Virus record (IMG/VR): IMGVR_UViG_3300005805_004847
Location: 1-25,796 of that record
Direction: 5' to 3' (one strand)
Origin: a virus
Taxonomy: Duplodnaviria; Caudoviricetes
DNA length: 25,796 nucleotides
The notes beneath the pieces were generated by a model. That model did not search any database and was not told where the DNA came from. It worked only from the letters and a program-made list of their open reading frames with translations. Positions 19,009 to 25,796 of this stretch are shown in pieces. Within the stretch, counting starts at the first letter, position 1, and each line of letters opens with the position of its first letter. Made by a program: the position numbers and the translations under genes.

Positions 19009-20854
19009 AAGCTCCACCAGCACATGCCAACTCACCACTCAAATCTGTGTTGTCTTGTAATTCAACAACCTTTGATAAGTCAATTGACTGTAATTTAGAG
19101 AATAATCTTTCGTACTCTTCTTCAGTACAATCCTCAAATGGTGCTTGAATATAACTTCCACCATCATAAGGTAATACTGATAGACCATTGTAAAAGTCTC
19201 TGTTTTCCCACATCCACTCACCAGCCAATTCCCAATCTTCAGATTTCAAACTGATTGTTGCTGATACGTTGTGAGTGTTAGAACCTGTTCTGTGACCTGG
19301 TCTAACCCACTCTTGTGTGATTTTCTTAACACGGTCCAACAATTGGAATGGTGATTCTGTTCTCAAGATTGCTCCCACAGGTGCTTTTTGTGGAACAGAA
19401 ATAACCGCCGTGTCGTGTGGACGGAAGAACTCATCTTCAACCAACTCGGGGTGATACATTGCCAAGTATTGGTAGATTGCTTCATTCTTACCTACACGGA
19501 CTCTACGAATATAAAAGTCGTTGTGCCATGCGTGAATACCTGAAGATGTTCCCAATGTCAGAGATGTAGTCCCTGCAGGTTTTACGGTAGTTGTACGAGC
19601 CGACTTGTTAACACCAATCAACTCAGCAACTCTTGCGTTTTCTTCTTTTACAAGTTTAGCAGCTTCTTTCATATTGTAACCCAATACAACACCTGAACCG
19701 ATACCTGTCATAGATACACCAATCAACGCTTCTTTTTCAGTTGTACGTTTCCAAATGTCTCTCAAGTAATGGAAATCAGTATAACCCGCTTGAAGTGTTC
19801 CGATAAAAGCTGCAGCTTTAACACGGTTGTTTAAATCTTCTTGTGATTCAATGTCAGAAACATTTACCTCACACAAGTTACAGAATTGGTTTGGTCTCAA
19901 AGCAATTTCACAACATGGATTAGTTCCCCAATCTTTGTCGTTTGTAAAGTAGATACCAGGTTCACCCGCTCCTGATGCTTCAACACGTTTCCACAAATCC
20001 ATAAAGAATTCTTTTGTGATTTTGTGTCTAACCAACGCAGCTGAATTGTTTGCTCTTCCTCTTTGTGGGTTTGTTTCCCACCAAGCACCTGACTTACAAG
20101 CAATCATCTCGTGGTCATCAGCTGAGAACAATGAAATCAAAGCCGCTCTACGAATACCACCTGCAAGAACTGCATCTGCAATGTGACATACCATATCGTG
20201 AACTTCAATCGGTGTCATCTTTTCACCTTCTTCTTTAGCATCCAACATTCCTTTTAGTTTATGAAGACAATCCTTCAATGGTTGAGGACCCGGTGCTTTA
20301 CCACCTGATGTTACAAGTTGAGCCCCTTTTGGTCTAACGTCAGAGAAATCAAAGTCTGGTGTTGACAAGTGTTCACCAAAGTATGATTTCATCAATACTT
20401 TAATTGCGTCAGCCCAACCTTCAATAGAATCACCAACCAAGAATCTTCTCGTTCTATTCGGGTTAGGTTTTCTAATTTCAGGAAGTTTTTCTACGTGGTG
20501 TTTTTGAACCGAGTATCCAACTCCAGTTCCACCCAACAACAAGAACATTGCTTCTGAGAAAGCGTCCAAGTGGTCAATAGGTAGGTAAGCACAATTGTAG
20601 ATTCTGTTTGGAGAAATCTCAATTGGTTTACCACCAAATTGCATTGACCTCATTGAGGGTAATACTTTTTTATCATATACATATTGATATACATCCACAA
20701 TTTCGCCTGCGATTTGTGGGTATTTCTTAATGTGCATGTTCATGTTTCTTGTTACCAATTCTTCCCAAGTTTCTCTTCTTTCCAACTCGGGGATGAATTT
20801 TGCGTACTTCATGTAGACAGTTAGGTCTGACAATATCTTTTGTGATGCGTCCAT
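18995..20854 (-). CDS. nrdJ: Class II (adenosylcobalamin-dependent) ribonucleoside-triphosphate reductase, monomeric type
   Basis: LPSMR, IYNCAY, GGIRRAALI, TNPCCEI (thiyl Cys), FCNL, TTVKPAGT and a C-terminal redox pair CAGGAC; no nrdB nearby. Confidence 0.92.
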   Translation of the reverse strand: MDASQKILSDLTVYMKYAKFIPELERRETWEELVTRNMNMHIKKYPQIAGEIVDVYQYVYDKKVLPSMRSMQFGGKPIEISPNRIYNCAYLPIDHLDAFSEAMFLLLGGTGVGYSVQKHHVEKLPEIRKPNPNRTRRFLVGDSIEGWADAIKVLMKSYFGEHLSTPDFDFSDVRPKGAQLVTSGGKAPGPQPLKDCLHKLKGMLDAKEEGEKMTPIEVHDMVCHIADAVLAGGIRRAALISLFSADDHEMIACKSGAWWETNPQRGRANNSAALVRHKITKEFFMDLWKRVEASGAGEPGIYFTNDKDWGTNPCCEIALRPNQFCNLCEVNVSDIESQEDLNNRVKAAAFIGTLQAGYTDFHYLRDIWKRTTEKEALIGVSMTGIGSGVVLGYNMKEAAKLVKEENARVAELIGVNKSARTTTVKPAGTTSLTLGTSSGIHAWHNDFYIRRVRVGKNEAIYQYLAMYHPELVEDEFFRPHDTAVISVPQKAPVGAILRTESPFQLLDRVKKITQEWVRPGHRTGSNTHNVSATISLKSEDWELAGEWMWENRDFYNGLSVLPYDGGSYIQAPFEDCTEEEYERLFSKLQSIDLSKVVELQDNTDLSGELACAGGACEIK

Positions 20855-20881
20855 TTTATTAATTATAATTGTTTTTGTTTG

Positions 20882-22267
20882 TTAATTCAAGTTAGTTTCT
20901 TGCTCCTTTTGTTTTCTTTTTTCCATCAATTCTTTAATTCGGTCTCGTTTTTGGTCTTCTTTCTTTTCTTCAAATCCTAAGAAAGTAACTGAACTTTCAG
21001 TATCAATTTCGAGAAGTTCATTATCGAATTTACAGTTTTCAAATATAACACCATCTTTACCCAAACGTGATTTGGTGATTGCGATGGTTGCCAAGTTCAT
21101 TTCTTTTTGTTGTAAAGTTTTAGCCACGGAAATGATAACGTGTCCAACTTGTGCCTTTTTGATAGAACCACCCATTTGGTCGGTGGTAACGACCTCAGAA
21201 GATATAGAGCTTCTGTTACCCTGTGTTGCGGTCCATCCAACAACTCCTAGTTCGTGACAAAGTGCCTCAAACCCTCTCATAACCGAACCTTCACTTTTCC
21301 ATTCATCACCCAAGTTTTTATCGGGTACAACACAATCAATATAGTCCAAGACTATCATGTCGATATTATGACCATCAGCAATCATCTTACGAATCATGTT
21401 TTTAATTTGGGTCATAGTGTGTTGGTCTGAAGGTAGTTTTTTAAGAAACAACTTGTTAGTCATCTCTTCTCTCACTACACGAGCTTTTTCCAAAACTTCT
21501 TCTCTATGTAAAGGTAGTAAATCAGGAGCAATACCTGTCCACATAGTGAAGTGTTTTCTTTGAATTACTTTTGGATTGTCTTCAAAGAACAACTGTAATA
21601 CATCGTATCCGTTGTTAAATGCTGAGTTAGCAATCTTAGAAAGAACCGTAGTTTTACCTACCCCAGTTGGTGCCAAAATAACACCGAGTTCTCCTTTTGC
21701 TAAACCACCTTTAAGTAATTTATCAATACCCGTGATTCCCATTGGAATTGGATGACGGAAATCTTCATTTAATACGTCATCTAAATTTGTGAACACATCT
21801 TCGATTTTGTTATTGTTCTCCCCCACTTGTAGAGCGGTTCTTACCAATTCCTCAAGTTTGTCATAGTTTTCAAATTCGCCATTGTCAAGAATTTTTTGTG
21901 ATTTTGTAATCGCTTTCTGTAACTCTTGTTGTTTACAGAACTTAAGAGATTTCTCTTGTACGAAAGACGCTCCTTCAGTAGGTGCGTCTTTTACTTGTTT
22001 AATGGTGTCGTTAAGAATTTTTAACATTAACTCTTGAGGGAATTCACTTTTTACCATTTGTGAAAGTGTCTCAAAAGAAGGAGTACAATCATACTTCACG
22101 TAATACTCCTTAATAAGTTGGAGTAATGTTTTGAAGTATCTGTTCTCAAAGTGTGATGGTTCAATTACGTCAATGATAGAATGTGCGAAATCTTTGTCTA
22201 AAATTATTTGATTTAGTAGTTGAAGTTGAAATGTATTACCTAGATATTCGAAGTTCTTGTTTGACAT
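20882..22267 (-). CDS. Replicative SF4 DNA helicase, DnaB / T4 gp41-like
   Basis: Walker A GELGVILAPTGVGKTT, LDYID, WTATQGNR and KSRLG motifs. Confidence 0.92.
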   Translation of the reverse strand: MSNKNFEYLGNTFQLQLLNQIILDKDFAHSIIDVIEPSHFENRYFKTLLQLIKEYYVKYDCTPSFETLSQMVKSEFPQELMLKILNDTIKQVKDAPTEGASFVQEKSLKFCKQQELQKAITKSQKILDNGEFENYDKLEELVRTALQVGENNNKIEDVFTNLDDVLNEDFRHPIPMGITGIDKLLKGGLAKGELGVILAPTGVGKTTVLSKIANSAFNNGYDVLQLFFEDNPKVIQRKHFTMWTGIAPDLLPLHREEVLEKARVVREEMTNKLFLKKLPSDQHTMTQIKNMIRKMIADGHNIDMIVLDYIDCVVPDKNLGDEWKSEGSVMRGFEALCHELGVVGWTATQGNRSSISSEVVTTDQMGGSIKKAQVGHVIISVAKTLQQKEMNLATIAITKSRLGKDGVIFENCKFDNELLEIDTESSVTFLGFEEKKEDQKRDRIKELMEKRKQKEQETNLN

Positions 22268-22302
22268 AATTTATTGTTTTTTACTGGTAGTGATAAATAC
22301 TG

Positions 22303-22752
22303 TTATACCAAGCTATAGTTCATGTAAGTTGTAACAAAATTTTCACCTGAAAAAATGTCAGTTAAGTCCCTTAATACACTTTTTACTTGCTGGCGTATAT
22401 CTACGGTGTATCTTATTTTTGGTGGGAAAATTTTGGCGTTTAAAATTCTATGACAAATTGTCTGTTCTCCGAGTTTAATATAAAAATTAAAAATTTCGGG
22501 ACCGTTTGTATTTGATGTTTCAAGTACATTTTGGTCTTCAAAAATTTGTTCTTGGTTCTCTAAAAGATAAACAACTGAACGCATTTTTTGTTCGTATTCA
22601 AAAGCGGATACGAAGTCTTTTAAATAGTAGGACATATCCAACGAGTTTTTAGCCGTTGGGTTATACCCACGAACGTTGAAATACCTTTGAATAACAATGT
22701 TGTCATTCAATGTGATGAGGAATTCCATCTTAATTACATCTGTTTCTTTCAT
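22303..22752 (-). CDS. Hypothetical protein in the replication block
   Basis: 149-aa ORF with A-rich start, between the exonuclease and the helicase; no recognised motif. Confidence 0.75.
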   Translation of the reverse strand: MKETDVIKMEFLITLNDNIVIQRYFNVRGYNPTAKNSLDMSYYLKDFVSAFEYEQKMRSVVYLLENQEQIFEDQNVLETSNTNGPEIFNFYIKLGEQTICHRILNAKIFPPKIRYTVDIRQQVKSVLRDLTDIFSGENFVTTYMNYSLV

Positions 22753-22772
22753 ATTTGTATTTTTATTTTATG

Positions 22773-23777
22773 TTATTTGTCTTGTCTAAATTTTCTTTTT
22801 TCTTTTCTTGTTAGTTTCATGAATGGCTGAATGAATCTTAAAAATTCATCGTCACTTTTTCCGAGGTACTTAAAGAACCCGTCATCAGTCATCATACGTA
22901 TTAGATTTTTGTAACCCCTACCTTCAGGGTCTAAAGTGTCGGCATAATATTGTTCAACAATTCCTTTACCATCATCAGAAATGAGTGGGTTCTGTAAGTC
23001 CACGATTTTTTCATTGATTTGAAAAAATTCTTCTCCGTAAATTCCGTCTTTTGTTTTTCCACTGATTAAGTTATTAAGTGCCGTGTTTTTTTCGTCTTCC
23101 TTAAGTAATTCTTTTGCCTTGATTAAAATATCATTAATATTGACGGGTTTGTCAAGGAACTCAGGAAAATATTTGATTAAAGTTTTTTCTCCAAAATAAT
23201 ATATTCCATTTATATTATCGGACTTGTCACCTGTAATAATCTTATATGGTAGAATATTACAAGCCGGCATTTCATATGTACCAATCTTAACTTTCTTACC
23301 GTGAGTGTAAAACACTTTGGCGATTGGTGAGTAAATGGTTGTGTTCTCGTTCACCAACTGAAGTAAGTCTTTATCGGCTGATAAGATGGTTTTCTTCTCT
23401 TCTGGTGCTATTTTACAGTAGTGGGCTATCAAGTCATCAGACTCGTTCATATCTACTCTTATTTGACGAATAAAACATTCTTCAATGTATTCTTTTACTC
23501 GTGCTTTTTGTGTGTGATACGATTCGAGTTTGTACTCGTTCATATCTTGTCGTCTGTTTAATTTGTAATTAGGATATAGTTTACGACGCACGGATGCGTT
23601 GTCGTCACCGTCCCAAAATACCAAGACTTTGTCGTAGTTGTGTTCATCGATTTGTTTACGTAATGTATTAACAAAATGGAAGACACCCCCAATATGGTTT
23701 CCCTCAACAAACAGGTCTCTCACTCCGTGAAATCCTATTTTGAATAAGTTATCTCCGTCTACTAAAAGTGTCTTCAC
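22773..23777 (-). CDS. 5'-3' exonuclease / flap endonuclease (PolI 5'-exo, T4 RNase H-like)
   Basis: LLVDGDNL, VFWDG, RRKLYPNYKLNR, ESDDLIA, SADKDLLQL and GDKSDNINGI. GTG at 23777 is preferred over the track's TTG at 23804, which overlaps recA. Confidence 0.92.
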   Translation of the reverse strand: MKTLLVDGDNLFKIGFHGVRDLFVEGNHIGGVFHFVNTLRKQIDEHNYDKVLVFWDGDDNASVRRKLYPNYKLNRRQDMNEYKLESYHTQKARVKEYIEECFIRQIRVDMNESDDLIAHYCKIAPEEKKTILSADKDLLQLVNENTTIYSPIAKVFYTHGKKVKIGTYEMPACNILPYKIITGDKSDNINGIYYFGEKTLIKYFPEFLDKPVNINDILIKAKELLKEDEKNTALNNLISGKTKDGIYGEEFFQINEKIVDLQNPLISDDGKGIVEQYYADTLDPEGRGYKNLIRMMTDDGFFKYLGKSDDEFLRFIQPFMKLTRKEKRKFRQDK

Positions 23778-23787
23778 GTAAATGTTT

Positions 23788-24792
23788 TTATGCAGGTTCT
23801 GCAATCTCTGTCAAATCAAAATCACCATCAACACCAATTATTTCTTTCCAATAATCAGCATGTTCTTTCTTGTAATTTTCAATAGATACTTTTTCTTCCG
23901 CAGCGTCTTTTCCTGCCAAGAATCCATGAGGTGTAACAATAATCTTTCCATCCTCATAACCCAAACCATTAATGTGGTTTTTCATAACAGAAACTTTTGT
24001 ACGGATTGCAAACTTAACAGTTCGTTTGTCTTTGGTTGCTGAAATTTTGTTTGTACCAGCACCTTTTTGATTTCCAAATAAGAATACCAAAGATGAGTTT
24101 AACCAAATTGCTTCACCACCTTTTGCCTTGATTTTTGGTTGACCAAATGGATTATCTGGCAATTCAACCCAAGGTTGGTTGATGATAATCAAAGTGTTTT
24201 CGTGTTTTGAATCAGATTTTCTTGAACCTGAAATACGTTGGTTGATACCCATACCAATTTTGTCGGCAAGAACCGCAGCATTGTGTTGTTTACCACCTTT
24301 ACCTTCGTAAGTCATCTTACAAGGAACTGAACCAACAGAATCCCAAATAAAACACAAACTATAATCCAACTCACCTTTTTCTTGTGCGTCCAATAGTTCG
24401 TTGATGTAATCTGTAATCTGTTCGATGTAACTAAAGTTGTTATTGAAGATAAAAAATCCATCCCAATCCGCCTCACCTGTTTCCTCGTCAATAACTTCAT
24501 CACACTCAAAACCCATAAGTCTTGCGTGTTCAAAACTCCATTTTTGCTCTGTAATAATAAAAACAGGAAGAATACCCTGTTTCTGTGCTGAAACCGCTGA
24601 CTTTACAGCCGCAGTTGTTTTTCCTGTGTCAGAGTGACCCAAGAACATATTTAAATGCCCAATTGCTGGACCTGGTAGTCCTACCGCATCCAAGAAATGA
24701 TTTCCCAATTCCAAAAAACGTTGGGGTTTATACTTCGCTGAAGTAGAGAATTTTTTCTTGATTGAACTAAAATCGTTTTTTTTGATTGCCAT
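23788..24792 (-). CDS. RecA / UvsX-like recombinase
   Basis: Walker A GHSDTGKTT, Walker B FIWDSVG, IINQ, KAKGGEA and VMKNH motifs. Confidence 0.88.
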   Translation of the reverse strand: MAIKKNDFSSIKKKFSTSAKYKPQRFLELGNHFLDAVGLPGPAIGHLNMFLGHSDTGKTTAAVKSAVSAQKQGILPVFIITEQKWSFEHARLMGFECDEVIDEETGEADWDGFFIFNNNFSYIEQITDYINELLDAQEKGELDYSLCFIWDSVGSVPCKMTYEGKGGKQHNAAVLADKIGMGINQRISGSRKSDSKHENTLIIINQPWVELPDNPFGQPKIKAKGGEAIWLNSSLVFLFGNQKGAGTNKISATKDKRTVKFAIRTKVSVMKNHINGLGYEDGKIIVTPHGFLAGKDAAEEKVSIENYKKEHADYWKEIIGVDGDFDLTEIAEPA

Positions 24793-24807
24793 ATTTGTCG
24801 TAAATTA

Positions 24808-24839
24808 ATCTTGTATGGTACCATACAAGATACCATACA
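24808..24839. promoter_or_regulatory. Perfect 24-bp palindrome plus a third arm, between the SSB and recA genes
   Basis: atcttgtatggt|accatacaagat at 24808-24831; a second taccataca at 24831-24839. Confidence 0.6.
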
Positions 24840-24854
24840 TGATGTTTGTTTTTA

Positions 24855-25709
24855 TTAGAATGGTAGGTCCTCGTCAGGTTCAGAATTAATCTGAGGGTCT
24901 GAGTGGAATGGACTTGGTGTGTTTGTTTTAGCACCACCCATAGTCATAACACTTTCATCACCATAAAGGTATTTTCCTGTTTCAGAATCCCAACGTGGTT
25001 CTTCTCCACGAGAAAGAGCTTCCAAATATTCAACAGGTTTTTTAGAGTAAACATCTGCCCAAGTCAAAGCGTCTTTCAACCACTCTTCTTTAGTTGCTGC
25101 GTTCTCATGAAGTGATGTTGGGTCATCGTGCATAATTGTTTGAATTGATGTGTAATCTTTTCCACCAGGTGTTTTAGATTTAACCAACTGTACAATAAGG
25201 TCTCTACCTTTATCAGGGTCAGTAACATCACCTTTCTGTCTCCAAATAGGAATGATTTTATCCAAGATACCATCATTTTTGTAATTGTGTTTAAAACGCC
25301 AGAATTTTACTCCTTCTTCCTCAGCATCACGGTCAATAACCTTCACGATGTAAAATTTACGTGATTTGTATTGTTTAGCCAATTCTTTGTCAGATTCTTT
25401 TCCCGTTGACATAAGTTCTTCATAAACCTCATTCAAAGGTGAACGTTCGTTGTCGTTCTTGCCTGGGTCATAAAACTTTTGCCATTTACCACCTACTTGT
25501 AATTCGTGATACCAAACTTCTTTGAATGGTGACGAACCGTCAGGTGTTGGGAGAATACGGACTCTACGTTGTCCTTGTGATTGTCCTTGTGGAAGGATAC
25601 AAGCGAAATACTTTTTCATTCTTTCCTCTTGAGACATTTTGTTTGCGTCTCCGAAAGATTGTGTGTTTTTTTCGTACTGTGAAAGTACTGCGTCAAGTGA
25701 ACTCATCAT
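24855..25709 (-). CDS. Single-stranded DNA-binding protein, T4 gp32-like
   Basis: RVRILP...PFKEVWYH, FYIVKVIDR, VKFWRF and DVTDPDKGRDL, an acidic tail DEDLPF, and a position next to the recombinase. Confidence 0.8.
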   Translation of the reverse strand: MMSSLDAVLSQYEKNTQSFGDANKMSQEERMKKYFACILPQGQSQGQRRVRILPTPDGSSPFKEVWYHELQVGGKWQKFYDPGKNDNERSPLNEVYEELMSTGKESDKELAKQYKSRKFYIVKVIDRDAEEEGVKFWRFKHNYKNDGILDKIIPIWRQKGDVTDPDKGRDLIVQLVKSKTPGGKDYTSIQTIMHDDPTSLHENAATKEEWLKDALTWADVYSKKPVEYLEALSRGEEPRWDSETGKYLYGDESVMTMGGAKTNTPSPFHSDPQINSEPDEDLPF

Positions 25710-25731
25710 AATTTTGTTTTTTAGTTGTTTA

Positions 25732-25760
25732 AGTATAGGTTAATTTTTAGTGTTCGTCAA
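25732..25760 (-). promoter_or_regulatory. Sigma70-type promoter for the replication operon
   Basis: TTGACG (25760-55), 17-nt spacer, TATACT (25737-32); 22 nt upstream of the SSB ATG and just after a terminator. Confidence 0.7.
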
Positions 25761-25770
25761 ATTATTCGCC

Positions 25771-25796
25771 AAATAAAAAGGGTCACAACGTGACCC
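25771..25796 (-). terminator. Intrinsic terminator of the upstream (off-window) gene
   Basis: The minus strand reads GGGTCAC-GTT-GTGACCC-TTTTTATTT. Confidence 0.8.

Noticed and set aside
18995-24792. Inteins or introns in nrdJ, helicase or recA
   Set aside because: Protein lengths are normal, with no splicing or homing-endonuclease motifs.
956-25709. Stop-codon reassignment (no gene ends in TAG; nearly all end in TAA, two in TGA)
   Set aside because: Genes are full length and densely packed in the standard code, with no in-frame TAG. Low GC explains the TAA bias; recoding elsewhere cannot be excluded.
4550-25711. Short 60-104 aa ORFs nested in or antisense to long genes (e.g. 4550-4771, 5045-5359, 12129-12389, 16598-16837, 21072-21257, 23782-24042)
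   Set aside because: They overlap well-supported CDSs, have no motifs and are expected by chance.

Overview
A fragment of a large AT-rich myovirus-like (jumbo) phage genome; every credible gene is on the minus strand. Read from right to left, it starts with a terminator and a sigma70-like promoter. A replication/recombination block follows: gp32-like SSB, RecA/UvsX, 5'-3' flap exonuclease, a hypothetical protein, a DnaB/gp41 helicase and a class II B12-dependent ribonucleotide reductase. A small Cys-rich ORF then bridges into a baseplate/tail block: gp25-like, gp6-like, a 1692-aa protein with a transmembrane hairpin, four unknown proteins (one PKD-like) and a gp7/gpI-like wedge. The block ends with a Cys-rich SprB-repeat protein, a one-module protein and a truncated mucin-like Pro/Thr-repeat protein that the ORF track missed. 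SprB-like repeats and A-rich starts without Shine-Dalgarno sequences suggest a Bacteroidota host (inference). The most interesting signals are: (i) an [ST]-G-x-[ST] motif concentrated in the putative outer virion proteins, a candidate modification sequon; (ii) a C-terminal domain shared by the wedge protein and the SprB adhesin, a candidate docking module; (iii) a recurring TATTTA(T) upstream motif; (iv) a perfect 24-bp palindrome with an alternative pairing partner upstream of recA; (v) a terminator inside the Cys-rich bridging ORF. All family calls come from motif recognition, not database searches.
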